Source: Takakia lepidozioides
Lineage: Eukaryota; Plantae; Bryophyta
DNA length: 64,000 nt
Direction of reading: 5' to 3'
Assembly: GCA_030704615.1 (NCBI GenBank)
Contig: CM060732.1
Span: forward strand, 67,146,001-67,210,000
Below are positions 25,776 to 38,867 of the stretch, in pieces (within the stretch, counting starts at the first letter, position 1; every line of letters starts with the position of its first letter). Below the pieces are notes generated by a model that worked only from the letters and a program-made list of their open reading frames with translations, was not told the DNA's origin and made no database searches. Made by a program: the position numbers and the translations under genes.

Positions 25776-28700
25776 CCGCGCTACCTGTCAACACTTGACA
25801 ACTCCCAAACCTCTAGTACTTGACTGCTAGAATGGGGTAAGGGTTCCCTACCTGCAATTTTCCATTTTGCACATATCCAGTTTGTGTAATGGTGCTTCGA
25901 CATATTCTTAGCGATGTTAGTTTGTTTCACATATGTCAATATTGTTATTGCTATTATATTACCTGAAAGCTTGCTCAAGTATCTTCTGCCGTTTTCGGGC
26001 TGAATGGCAGTTGAAGGTAGGTGAACAAGTCCGGCCAAGCCAGTGTATGCATCTTCTGCTCAGGCATTTTGGTGTTTTCGTGTGCTTTCAATGTTGCTTT
26101 CATGTTTCAATGCTGCTAGAGTCAGGCCCATGACTACGGTCATGTACACGACTATCTCCCATCCACATAGCTTACGCCACGTGCCACTTTCACCCCTCGT
26201 GTTTGTCCATATTCATGCCAGGTGCAGTATCCAGAGTGCGCCATGGAAGTCATATGTTCCAGTCATAATGATCACCCCCCATCCTGCACAATTGACTCCA
26301 TGTGTGGACCTGGGAGTAAATGTCCGAAGTCATATATGCCAGTCACGAAAGACCCCCCTGCTCCATATTGTCATGTCCTATATTCTCCACGTGTAGTCAT
26401 ACATGCCAATCTTGGAAGACTCCCTCTCCTCACCCTGTCGTGCCACGTGTTGTTCTCGATATTTTCCATGTGTTGTCCTGGGGTTAATCTGCGGAAGTCG
26501 TATATGCCAGTCGTGAAGACCTCGTCGCCTTCCATTTGACGTGACACGTGGCATATCCCTTCCGTTCCATGTGAAGCTGACATGGATTCGTAGTCATTTA
26601 CTACGGTCTTATCAATGGCTATGATTAGGCATCCCCGTTGCCACGTCAACAGTGAGCAGATACAACTCTATGGTGCTTACGACTCATTTGTCACAACTGA
26701 CTGGGTTTATCTGACTGGGCAGTCATGCAGTCATAAAAGGCTGATACGACTTGAAAATAACATACATAAAAACCGGGATCTGTTGTAGTGATAGGCTTCT
26801 TTCCATACCAAGCCTCATAAGGTGTTTTCCATTCAAGGGTCCTCGTTGCTGCTCTATTGAGAACATGCTCCTGCTGTGCCTGTAGATTCTGCCCATAATT
26901 CGATTGGAAGATTTTGTGAGTGCAGCATGCTACGTGCACTCTCGATGATTGTTCGATTATCTCATTCTGCCACGCCCATTTTGTTCTGACCTGTGTAGGG
27001 GGGCCGTGGTCTCATGCACAACTCCCTTCTCTTCAAGATATCTGCAAAAATCTTTACTCATATATTCTCCACCCCTGTTAGTTCCAATCTCATTCAACAC
27101 TTGGGCTTCAAGCTTCTTGAAACAACTGAATACAAACATGAAATAGCTGTGATCGTCTTTGAATAGAACGTAGTATCGTGCACCTCCGATCGAGTCTGAA
27201 CTCATTGGCCCGCACACGTCTGAGTGAAAAAATTCACCGGGGGCTTCAACCATCTTTTTTTCAACTGTGCTATTGACATGCAATCTATGTTGCTTACCAT
27301 AGGGACACCCTTCATAGAAGAAATTGGCGTTCCCATCATCCCGAAGAGACAGTCCTTCCACCATCCGGGTCTTACACATTTTCTTGATAGCTGCAACATC
27401 CAGGTGGCAGCCGAGACGGTTATGCCATAGTTGAAGATCACCTCTTGTCATCGCCGACTCTAAACTGAGTTGTCTCGACTTTTCGGAAACCTCCACGTTT
27501 CCGCTGTTGCTCGCAATGTTTGCTTGTGTCGTAGGTTCGATCACCTCAACCAAGAGTTGGTACAATTTGTCATTTCGAACTCCTTGCATGACAATTTCTC
27601 TTTCCTTGTTAAGCATTCGACAACTCCCACTGCTGTAGACAGTGTCGATGCCTTTGTCTGCAGCTTGCCCAATGGAGAACAGATTCTCTCGTAATTGGGG
27701 ATGTGAAGAACTCGCTTGAGTGTTCCTTGGACTGTCATTCCTTCCACTTGGCTTTGATTTCTCCCACTCCAGCTACCCAGAGCTTGGTATCATCTGCAAT
27801 ATGGACGGGCCACTTCTTGTGAGAAATAGACTCAAAGTTTTTGAACCAAAAAGGTGGACGCGTTGCCGAAGCAAGCGTTACAACTTATGGTGTCACTTGA
27901 CCCAGAAGGGCTACTGCCTTCCGGTAGGAAGGTGGGCCAGTTTTTTAACCATTCTCTACGATCGGTCATGTGCTCTGTCGCTCCTCCATCAGCGTACTGG
28001 ATGTCTCAACCCGTGCAACTGTTAGAATTAGCTGCAAATGCAATGCTCACAGTTTCAGAAGGATCTGCTTGACTACTTGAGACACGTTTCTCTTCATCTC
28101 TCTTCTTGTCTTTGTGCTCTCTGGCCCAATGACCCTTCCCTTTACAGTAGGCACACTTGGTTGGCATGGTAGGCATAGTAGGCACACCTACACTTGTGGC
28201 TGTCAGTTGCAAATGCAACGCTCCCAATGGTCTCAGAGGCATTTGCCTGGCTAGTTGAGACACCTCTAGAGCTCTTCATCTCTCGTCTCCTCTCTACACT
28301 CTCGGACCCAATGACCCTTCTTTTTACAGCAGGCACACTTGTCCTTTTCTTGAGTTCTTTGATGCGCTTTGAATTACACAACTCCTTGTTGTCTTCTGGA
28401 CCTTTCTGTTTCCCCTTTCTTCCCTGGAGACAAAGGTTGGCTTGCCTTTTCTTTCTTGGGAGAAGAATGCTTAGTCTTCATGAGCATCATAATTTTCTAG
28501 CTTGTTTTGAGTATTCTTTCAAGAGTCTCGCTGTGAGTGTTTCTATCGTTTGCTTCTCGGTTGGGACATTATCCCTGAGATAATGTGGCGATAGTCCTTA
28601 GGCAGATTGCAAATCTTGGTGACCTCTGCTGATTGAGTTGTGGGTTCACCAAGGTCATTAAGTTGCCGGGCCAATGCTTCCACTTTACTAATGTGACTTG

Positions 28701-29154
28701 CAATGTCATCTTTTTGCTGCATCTTGTACTCAAAGAAACATCTGTTGAAGTATGTGCTTCTTCTCTAATGCGCTTTGTTCATGGATAGTTGTCAACCTAG
28801 ACCACATCTCATGAGCAGTTCTGCAATTGATGAGAATCTGCAGGTGCTTCTCATCTATTGCCGCACTTATGAACAACTTTGCACAATTGCTTGTGCTATC
28901 CCAATTTTTCTCTTTGCCTTCTGCTACTGACATCTCTCGAGTTCTACTTCCATCTATCACACTCATGAGTTCCTTGGCCTCGAACAACATTTGCATCTGC
29001 AATTTACAGAGTTGAAAGTTGGATCCATGAAACCTTGCTATGTGCGCTACATCTTTCAAATCTCCTCTCATTGTGACTCCTTTGTTCCTTGCTAGTGTAG
29101 ATTCTTTCAGCAGAAAAAAACCAGCCCTAGTGGTAAAGTTAGATCAAATGTTGT

Positions 29155-29166
29155 GGGCCCATAACC
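29155..29166 (-). promoter_or_regulatory. Copia PBS of the half-tRNA(iMet) type
   Basis: GGTTATGGGCCC directly after the LTR-terminal CA, lacking the TGG start of CCA-end primers. Confidence 0.8.
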
Positions 29167-29465
29167 TGCTGAAAATAAACGCACAACATTCTAGCATCTA
29201 AATAACTACAAAGAGACGAGCTAGCTATAGGCTATGAGAGAACTACGATCTAAGAATTACAAGGAAAAGCAAGCTACTAAGATGCACACTTGACAGTGCT
29301 GCCAACTACATATTCTACGCTAACAGAATGCAGATCGAGTTCTGCTGTCCCAGTGCCGAGCTGAGTGGAATCTTGCCAAGAAAACGCCACGTACGGGTGA
29401 GCACTCCATGAAGGACCTGAAACCCTAATTAGTTATTTCTGTTGTGAGATGAATCATGAATAACA
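29167..29465 (-). repeat. Copia 5' LTR
   Basis: TGTTA...AGCA on the minus strand; homologous to 56180-56580. Confidence 0.9.
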
Positions 29466-30585
29466 CAAATTACATTCAGTTGCCAGCTTTTTCTTGGGGA
29501 AGGGGAGACTCCTGGGAAAAAGAAGAGGATGCTTGCGACCCGTGTGTTTCGAGAACAGGCCTGCAATGGACGAGTATATAGATTGTGGGCAGCAAAACGC
29601 ATCAACCCAAACCCAGAAATGCTGTGGACTCTGGTTTTGGGAGCTCCAAGTCCAACTGAAAAACAGGTACAATTTTCCACCAGATGTACCTCCTCGCCCA
29701 GTTTCGGGGTTATAGACTCTTTTCGACTGACTTTGATCCACGTCATTGACCCGGCCATAGTTTAATAACATCGTAGTTCACTCATTTGAGTTAAGGAAGT
29801 GCATTTATAAGTACGAGCTCATGATGGCGCCTTGAAAGTGTGTGGTGTCACGTGTGTTGCAGGCCAGATTGGCCGCTTGCTAACTCACTGCAGGAAGGCT
29901 GCACCAGTCGAAGTAACTTCGTTACTTCCAGTGTGTTGCCCGGGGCCCACGGCTAGAGGCAAACAGAATTCAGTTGCGATCAAGGCTGTAAAAGTGATCA
30001 GAGAGCACATGATGATCCCACAATCGTCATACTGTTACTGTACCTATCCGTATAATACAGAAACCGGAGAAGAACAAACTTGCAAGAAAGAAAAATTTAG
30101 GAAAAAAGCCCAATAGGCAGAAAACGAAAGGGCACTTTCAAGAGATGAACTAAAATCGCGTGAAAAGAAAATATGAACACACTCATCTTTTACCCACCAT
30201 AGAGTTGAAGCTGAACAGGAGTTTCCTAAGTAAGAGGACTTTTAGTACACATAATTTCAGCCTAAATACCAACTGAGTTATGGCCATACCAAAGAAGCCA
30301 ACAGCAGCTCTGAACAAAACAAGAAAATAGAACCTGGACAGCAGCTCCCATCGTGTGATGCAACCATTCCTCAGGTAAGGTGTCCGTCAGCCCCTTCATT
30401 AACATGCAAAGTACAATCTTGTGATAACTGAGGATGAGGTTCAGAGGATATCTATAAGAATCTTTTACATTAGCAAGCATCTTATAGACGTCTATAAGCA
30501 TCTTGCTTTGTGCCTTTGTAGCAACAGAGCAAACCCCGTGTCGGTTTATGTTGGGGTGAACATAGAAATAGTGGGCAGCAAGAGA

Positions 30586-32178
30586 TCACTGGATTGCCAG
30601 ATAGTCGCTCTCGTTTTTTGGCAGATAAGAAATCTCCTCATTTGAATTGCAATTTGATTGGATTGGCAGTGTTGTGCTTGCAGATGAGTACACCCGGGCC
30701 ACTGCATTCTTCGCCTGTTTCTCCCAATTGGTGCACAATGTGATAATAAGAAGGATAACAGCCTGGGTTGCAATGCCACCCATCATTCCCATCCACAGTC
30801 CCTTGGAATTGAAGTGGAAGACAAAGGCCAGTGTAATAGCGCTTGGCAATCCCACGATGTAATAGGCTGCAAGGTTTGCAAATGCTCCAAAAGCTTGCCA
30901 GCCACATCCCCTAGCCACACCTGAAAGAACAGATTGCAGAGCATCCATGCCTGTAACTGCTGCCAACAAGGGCACACAATGCGACACATAGTTGATCACC
31001 TCAGCTTCGTTTGTGAAAGCCAAACCAATCACATTGCGCAATGACAACAGCAAGACTCCCATCGACAAACCGACCATCAGGGCCATTATGATCCCCACTG
31101 TGACAGCAGATTTGGCATGTCGTGGGTGGCCAGCTCCAAGCTCATTGGACACCCGAGTGCTAACCCCTGCACTGAGGCCTAATGGAATCATGTATGCGAC
31201 CGATAGGCTTGTCAAACAGATGGAGAGAGTGGATGTTTCCAACTGAGGGTTCGGCATCAACCCTGAGAGAAGCACCAGCATTTCAAATGACCAGTATTCC
31301 AAGCATATCATGACTGCAGAGGGGATGGCCAGCTTGAAGAAAGCCCCAAGGTCATTAAATGCCTCCATTGAGAAAGATGTCCAAGTCTTTTTACAGTTGG
31401 GTGAGAATTTCACATATGCAACCAGCAGCAACACATACAACCAATTCGAAAGGCCACTGGCAATGGCTGCTCCACGAAATCCCACCCCCAACTTGAAGAT
31501 CAGCAGCCAACAGAGGGGGATATGAAGGGCCAATGTGGCCATCGACATCAAGGTCATGGGCAACACTACACTCTGTGTTTGCAAGAACCTCACCAAGGGA
31601 TGAAAGGAGGCAATTGCAAACAACGATGGCAACAGCCACCGGGCATACACCCCTGCCATATCTGCAATCTCAGGGTCCTGCCAAAGAGCCTTAAGAACAT
31701 AACCCATGTTGTACCATAGAATGGCAACAGGTATGGTTGTGATGTATGTGACCAACAAAGCTCGTTGGAGAAATATACCAAGCATGCGGTATTGCTTGGC
31801 CCCATATGCCTGCCCGCACAATGTTTCCAGTGCGGAGCTCATTCCTAGTAGAATGGATGAGCCTGTGACAGATGCAAAGGAGGTGGCTATTGAGGAGCTG
31901 GCAAGTTCAAGCTCACCCAAGTGCCCCACAAACATACTTGACACAACAAACAATGAACCTTGAAGCAAACTTACAAAGATCATTGGCCCAGCCACCCTTA
32001 GCTGCTTCTTAATTTCCCCCGATAGCCAATCCACTGTCCATAAGTGCACCCCTGTCTCGTCTGAGTGCCCATTACTAAATGGAAGCTGCACAATTGAATC
32101 TGTCTTAGCTGTTGGAATGGAGAGGTCAACTGCCTCCTGGCCTACCAAGGGCTCCCTCAAAGACTCCTGGTCAGCCAT
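30586..32178 (-). CDS. MATE/DETOXIFICATION-family efflux transporter, intronless, 530 aa
   Basis: Uninterrupted ORF with FVGHLGELEL, ALETLCGQAYGA, LEYWSFE, STRVSNELGAG and LSGVARGCGWQ. Confidence 0.95.
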   Translation of the reverse strand: MADQESLREPLVGQEAVDLSIPTAKTDSIVQLPFSNGHSDETGVHLWTVDWLSGEIKKQLRVAGPMIFVSLLQGSLFVVSSMFVGHLGELELASSSIATSFASVTGSSILLGMSSALETLCGQAYGAKQYRMLGIFLQRALLVTYITTIPVAILWYNMGYVLKALWQDPEIADMAGVYARWLLPSLFAIASFHPLVRFLQTQSVVLPMTLMSMATLALHIPLCWLLIFKLGVGFRGAAIASGLSNWLYVLLLVAYVKFSPNCKKTWTSFSMEAFNDLGAFFKLAIPSAVMICLEYWSFEMLVLLSGLMPNPQLETSTLSICLTSLSVAYMIPLGLSAGVSTRVSNELGAGHPRHAKSAVTVGIIMALMVGLSMGVLLLSLRNVIGLAFTNEAEVINYVSHCVPLLAAVTGMDALQSVLSGVARGCGWQAFGAFANLAAYYIVGLPSAITLAFVFHFNSKGLWMGMMGGIATQAVILLIITLCTNWEKQAKNAVARVYSSASTTLPIQSNCNSNEEISYLPKNESDYLAIQ

Positions 32179-32769
32179 CCCTATCACTATGTTCCAACGA
32201 GAGCCAACAAAGGGCTCTGTGAATCTTCAGTGTTGTGTCAGATCTACTTGAGAGTTGTTGTAGTACTGAAGCTGCCTGGCAATTGATGGCTGGATGACCC
32301 ACTTCAGTTCAAATACCCCCAGCAAATGACCATAGCGGACTGCAGGCTGATCGATATGGAGGCCAGACTGAGTGGAGGGATGGTGGCTTAGGTCATGACC
32401 CGACGTCAAACAATTTTGTTGCTCGTATCCACTGTACTGTACTATGCAGTCGGAAAATCTGGGTAAACCTTACCACATCTGAACTTCGCTCTGGTTCCCT
32501 ATGGCTTCCCCAAGATGACACAATGAATTCCTCCTTCTTTCTTCTCTCTCCCCCTCTGTCTCAACTGTCCCCTGCACCTGAGGACCTTGCACCCCTCTCG
32601 CAGCGACATCTCGAATTAGCAAGAAGGATATTCCACCAGGAAGTGAAATTTGAAGACAGCCAGTATTTAACAACTCCGACAATGATCGCAGCAAGCCCCC
32701 TGCCGCATCATGCAGAACCACTTCTAGAGCAATCAAGGAGCACAAATCACCGGGGAGAATGAAGCTACC

Positions 32770-33360
32770 AGAAGCACCGCAATCACAGTGCCCACCATGG
32801 ATTCCGTACACCCAAAAACAATACCATATCCAGGACTTATTCCATTCCCAGGTACAATTTGTGGCATCATTCTGGCTCTCTCCGATTGTCTGCCACCGAA
32901 TGTGCGCAGTGCTAGGGAATGGGCCCTACCAAATTGTAAAGATGATGACCAGAAGCATAGCAATCAACCCACCACGAATTGCTAAATATCCAGGGCCTCT
33001 TCCCAGAACACTGTGACATAATTCTGGCTCTCTCCGATTGTCTGCCACCCAATGTAGGAATGGGCCCTACCAACTATGACCAGAAGCATAGCAAGGATTC
33101 CCCAAAATCCATCAACAATATCATGTCCAGGACTTCCTCCCAGTCAAATTCTGTGACATCATTCTGGTTCTCTCCGATTGTCTGCCACCCAACGTGCGCA
33201 GTGCTCGGGAATGGGCCCTACCAACTTGTACAGACGATGACCAGAAGCATAGCAATCCACCCACCATGGATTCCTCAAAATCCATCAACAATGTCCAGGA
33301 CTTCTTCCCATGCACAATCTGTCACATAACTCTGGCTCTCTCCTCATCCCAACGTGCGCA
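32770..33360. repeat. ~140-165 bp imperfect tandem repeat upstream of the MATE gene
   Basis: TCTGGCTCTCTCCGATTGTCTGCCACC...GACCAGAAGCATAGCAA recurs 3-4 times. Confidence 0.8.
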
Positions 33361-33779
33361 GGGCCTGACAGTTTCACTGAGTATGGGTTCTGCTGATGGG
33401 GAAAAGTAGAGCGAACCAAACTGTACAGAGTCCACTAGAATGGAAAAAGTCCTCGGGACATTCCATGGGACATTCCATGAGAGAAAGGGCCTCTAATAAC
33501 ATACAAAAGAAAAATCAGCATCCGCCTTATATCCAAGTATCTACAGAGAACAATTCTCAGGCAGTTTTCTTTGGGTTCTGTTTATACGATCTCAAGTATA
33601 ACTAGTTCCGTAGCAAAATATCATGGCCGCGCAAGATCAATACCCCAAAAATTTCAGAAGGACTTTACACGAGGGGAAAGAATCGATGTACCGTTTCTTC
33701 AATCCTATACAATTTCAGTAATACTTTCAAATGCCACCTATATACGAACCCAAAGACTAATACGAAATTTTTAACTGAT

Positions 33780-36700
33780 TCAAGAATCTTGAAGAAGCTC
33801 TTGAGAACTACAAGTCAGGGTTTTCTTGATCGATCTCACCATTCCTTCACGTACCCAAGCCCTATTTGCGCTGAGACCCGCAGTTCGGAGATATGAGAGG
33901 ACAACTTGTTTCACGGTTCTGGCACTCCTCTCGATGATATGGATCTCTTCTTCAATCTTCCGAAAGCTCTTATCCAGTGTGGCGACAAGAGGGGATCGAC
34001 CCAGTCTCACCGCGTTGATGTAATTGGTAAGACTGTGTGCTGCGACCCCAGGAAGGCACAGACCTATTGTTCGAACCATGGTGCAGATATTGGATTCTCT
34101 GTAAAGTGCGCCATGGGTATAGCTAATCAACAAGCTCTGAAGCAGCTCCCAGACAGCGTGCCAATGCATAATGAGGAGATCTGTCATCACAAAGTAGTTC
34201 CTGTTGGGCGCTTCAGACAAGGTCTGCAAGTAAACACATCGTTCAACACCACGCAATTCGTCAGAGTAAAACATCAAACTTATCTCTTCCTCTTTGCTGA
34301 ACAGTATGTCCATTTTGCAGTTCACTTTCTCCTGACTGGGTTGTATCTAAGTAAGTCTCCCTATATTTCTGGTCAAAAACTGGGAAGAGAGAAAGAGGCA
34401 GGCCTAGGCAATATTTAGAGCTCTACAAACAGATATGTCAATCGGATTTTCAACAGCTCAGGGTTTCCTGTAAATCCCAAATATAACGGCACAGCAATTT
34501 GAAAACTTTGGGTCAAAACAACTTAGTTATGAATCAAGATCAGGCTAGGAAATACTTTCGGTTGAATGTGAGAATTGACCTGTCCATCATAGGCACAGTT
34601 GTAGTAGAAACAGTAACCGAAATGCTTGAACTGGAAGAGACTATTATCGAAAGGAACCCGAGGCACAATGTCGTGACTGTACACGATTCTAAAGTAGCGA
34701 GACACAGAAAGCGTTCTGTGCATGTAGTTGGCAAAAGTCTCATCCCCCACTCGGGGCTGCCCAAATGTATACACAGCCGCCAGTTTGTCTGTAATCTCTC
34801 GTTCTCCGTTGTAATACAACATGGCAGTGTAGAGTGTCGAGAGTGCGCCCCCAAGACTGTGCCCAGTTAAATATAACTTGGCCTCTGCATTGTCAACCAG
34901 AAGATCTCTGACCATCTTGGTTATGGCATCGTAGGCCAGAATTTTGTCAGAAGCATTTATTACGTGTTCAGGTAGTCCCGATGTAGAACCCACCTGCAGG
35001 CCCACCATGGCAACACTCGAGCAGTCAGAAATTAGGCAGCTCTAGAGAGAAACATGGAGAAACATGTTCTTCTGGGATTTATCATGAGCTCCTTGAACTT
35101 CAAGCCTCTACAGAATGAAAAAATATATCTCCAGACAGAAAATGCGGGGACTGTCTCACCTCCCGATTATTCGTATTCTTAGACGCATTCTCTTGCATGT
35201 TTGTGAAGGTGTTCATTTGATTCCGGTCTCCAAGGCCCAAGGCCTCCAGAAATCCAACATGAACTTTGCCCATTCTCTCCAGGTGGAACCATGAGAAATC
35301 AACGTCTGAGCTCCAGTCGTAGGCATCGAATACCTCTGTACCTCGCCAAGCAACTACCACTGCCTTGGCATCAGGCGGCGGCTTGTCTGTGAATATGAAC
35401 ACCTGAGTAGACTCTTTCTTTAGAAACTCTGCACAATCAAATATTCAGTTTCAGCTTTGAGCACTTCATAGGAACCTTTAACCATCATCCGATAATATGG
35501 AGTCGAATCCCAAGCAAAGCAAACTAAAGGTTCCGAGAATAATGCTTTAAAGAACGCCAGCATAGGTCTACCGAAACTAAAGAATTTCCAAACTCACCAT
35601 TCCAGCACTCATAGAAGCCGACAAAATTCATCTGCATCCGCCACCCATCAATTTAAGATCTTGTCATATGTGTCACCCAAGGATCGTATAGAAAAATTGC
35701 ATCCGAATATGCGCCAAATCAGTGCTTTGCAAATCTTCAAGATTGTAATTTAAAGCAAGGTAGTCGTATTACCTTCCATCTGTCATTCACAACCTTTTTT
35801 ATGACTGCTCCATTCTCGTACACCAACTTGGAGGCCATGACACAAACATCTGCTGTAGCTCTTGACCCAGGATCTGGACCAGGGAATGGGATTGCATTTG
35901 CAGTACTGCTATTGCCAGCCCCCGACTCAGGAATGTCCTGATACAGATCCACTCTGGGATCGAGCTGAAAATTAAGGCTAAAGTAGTTTTCTGAGCCTTG
36001 CACAGGTACCACTAAATCACCTGATGAATGCAATATCAGTTATAACATACAGTGATCAGTGTACAGTCCCAACATTCTATACATTGACCTAAGCTCAGCT
36101 GATTGTAAGTTCAGAAATACTACGTGTATGGTGACCCAATAGTGATAACTTCAATCTTGAAGATTCGTCAGTTCATGTAACATAACATCTCCATATTAAC
36201 AGACGATTATACTTTACTTGAGTTAACCTTCAGGATCACTTTCTAGGCCTAAATGCCACTACCCTCTGGACAGGCACGTTGAATCCTATTTGTTAAGTTC
36301 TCACAACCCAGATCGTGACTGTCGGCAAAGAAGTTGCTTGAAAAAGGCTTGATCTGCTTTCGAGATTATTCTCGTAGGAATCTTAATGTTCGTGATAATC
36401 ATATATAATGTAGCAGATGTCGGGTGTGATAATCAACCGTTTTAGACCTGCTTGATCGGACCGTGTGGTGATAGATGCACGCACAGAGAATAGGGAGGTT
36501 TGGAGTTGCACAAGCTTACATTTTGCAAAGAAATACCGGCACAGAGTCTTCCTGAAACCTCCATTGGCGGAGAGGACGTTGAGAAGAAGCTCAAATGCAC
36601 GCCCCGTCGCAGCCATTGGGCCAGCAAGTTTCCATAGTGTCTTGATGATGAACATCGAAAATTGTCGTTGCCAAATACTAGTATCGACATTAGACGCTTT

Positions 36701-36877
36701 TCTGAGATTTTCGTCCGAAGCAGTCACACTCGTCGTACCACCATTCTGCACGGGTCCCTCGCTACATTGCACGGCATCTCCGCGTTTCTGAGCGACTAAG
36801 TACTTGGGATCACTTGGATCTGTGTCGACAGAAGCAGTCCTGGATTGTCCCCTATCTCGCTCCGTGGATCTCTTCAT
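33780..36877 (-). CDS. Class-3 lipase (OBL1-like); exons 36877-36520, 36020-35773, 35631-35598, 35428-35160, 34993-34580, 34223-33780 (588 aa)
   Basis: VVAWRGTE, VHVGF, TGHSLGGAL, YTFGQPRVG, DIVPRVP and AAHS..NY. All introns are GT-AG and phase-compatible; total 1767 nt. Confidence 0.92.
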
Positions 36878-38867
36878 CTTGATGGGAAGTTCTTCTGCTA
36901 ATGAAGTTCCTTAGAAGATAACCAGTAGATGAATCCGAGAGGTGACTTTGGAGAGATTGATTCAACATGCAGCGCGTTATGTGCCTCTTGAATCAATCGT
37001 TTGCTGGGTGTAGTTTTCAGCTAGCTCGCCCGGGTGATGCTGCAATCTTGAGGTAACCTACCCCTTGAGCAAGAGTATATCACGTCTTCAAGATTAAACT
37101 CTGTATAATGAGTGCTCGAGTCGGTCTCTGTCGAAGAGTTCGATTGTCCAAGGAAGTCGTGAATTGCACACAAGCCCCCACACACCCTATCTCTGCTCTC
37201 TTTCTCCGTGTTCTAGGGGAAGTCATTTGAGATAAGAGAAATGGAACCTTATACAGTACTGTTATATGACCACTCGTAATCTACATTGTCAGGTTACTTG
37301 GTATACAAGTCTGATTTCAGCTTTCTTATATGAAAGAAAGAAAAACAGAAAGAAACCTCGAGACTTGGTGTTCAAGTTTGAATCTTTTGTGGAGGGATAG
37401 TGCAGGACAGCTGCAATGCTTGCTTGTGAGCTGCAGTCTTAAAAAGAAGGTGCTGTGCAGCTGTTGCTTGCAAGACTTTGGAATGAAGACAGAGATGATC
37501 AGCACGGTATCTCTTGACTCGTGAGCTTCACACCATCTACTTATATTGTATGTATAACTTAGCCGTGAGGGAGACCGTGAGCCTACTCTTGCACGTGCGA
37601 ATATGCTCTGTGGATGAGACTAGACCTCGAGTCTCGTTGATCCATATTCAGTTCATCCATACTAATGGCTCATCTTCCGCTCTCTTCTTCAACATTGTGA
37701 GCATGCTTGGGAGGCCTGGCTGCCCATCCTAGACTTAAGCTTAGAATAAGGGACTCAAGCGACATATAAGAAGATATTGTATGTCAGCTCTGCACCATTG
37801 GATACATGATAGAGAGAAAAAAGGGTGTAATTAAGAACCCACTTCACCTTGCGGTTGTCCTTTGTTGGCTCTCTTGTAGAGAGAGACTTTACAACACACT
37901 GAGTCATGCCCCTCACTCTTACCTTTTTGTTATGTTTTGCCAAAGCAAGAGAGCCCATGGGCTTCTTAGGCTTCTCGAAGATGAGCTCTAAATATGGTAC
38001 ATAGTAACTCTAGGCTATTGTAGGAATGGGCCGCAAAGATATCAATGTTGCAATAGATCATAGAGGGTGATATTCAAGTGTGCTGACGATGGTTTGGAGA
38101 GATCAGGTGGTGGCCGGAAGGTTGAAACACTTAGAAAGATGCTTTTGGGATAGCTTGAGATACGAGGGAAATGAGTCGAGGCTACCTTTGTGGATCCCAC
38201 CCAAGAAACTTCCTGATGATGTTGCCGAGAAATGGGCCAATGTGCACTCTATTTATCGTTGTTTAAGAGCCTGAATAAGCAAAGCATATTTTTCCCTTTT
38301 AGCTAAAAGAGCCTTGGGTTGGGTAGCTTGGGTAGCAATCACGGTAGTGGCCTTGGGACAAGCAGAATATTCGGGTATAACCACGCTGGACATAAGCATG
38401 GTTGGGATTTACATAGGCAAGAGGACTAGTAGACAATGTGGGACTCTCTAATTAGGTGATTGACCTTTGTAGTCGTTTGCATCAATGAGTATGAACCATC
38501 AAGTTTTTGGGGGTGTTGTGATAGTAGTTTGTATATGTGGAAAACCAAGTTGTAGCCGAGTGGTAATGGGCACATACCACCTTGGAAGTGGTTGTGGGTT
38601 CAATCCACACTAGGTGTCACAAAGGTGTCCATCTTTCTAGCAAAGGCAGTAACCCTTCGGGTTGAAGAGACACCATAATTTACGCTTCCTTCGGGAGGCG
38701 TCAAATATTAAATTTCCGTGTATGTGCTAGGCGGTATGATGTTGCATGGTGGGTGATGTGTACAAGTCTGTGTTTGGTAGGGTGGGTGCATTCATTGAGT
38801 AGATGTGGCTAGGTATCTCATGTCGGGGGGTTTGTTGCACATAAATTTCCTAAAAGTCCGCATTTTA

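Larger units (their letters stand above)
19765..26790. mobile_element. Non-autonomous CACTA (En/Spm) element carrying gene fragments (Pack-CACTA)
   Basis: Termini CACTACAAACAGATC... and ...GATCTGTTGTAGTG, 3-bp TSD ATA on both sides, subterminal GTCGTATATGCC repeats. Removing it restores the copia integrase frame. Confidence 0.9.
18516..29465 (-). mobile_element. Degenerate Ty1/copia element (5' LTR, gag, protease, integrase, part of RT), split by a CACTA insertion
   Basis: LTR 29465-29167 and PBS GGTTATGGGCCC. Gag, CCHC-type knuckles, LWHNRLG, FHSDVCGP. WYGKKP|IVSYMRVFGC is rejoined across the 19765-26790 insertion. RT motifs KARLVAKGYSQ, QPEGF, LKKSLYGLKQ. Confidence 0.9.

Noticed and set aside
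556-36877. Biosynthetic gene cluster (P450 + MATE + lipase)
   Set aside because: The P450 is a pseudogene about 29 kb from the MATE gene, and there is no scaffold-forming enzyme.
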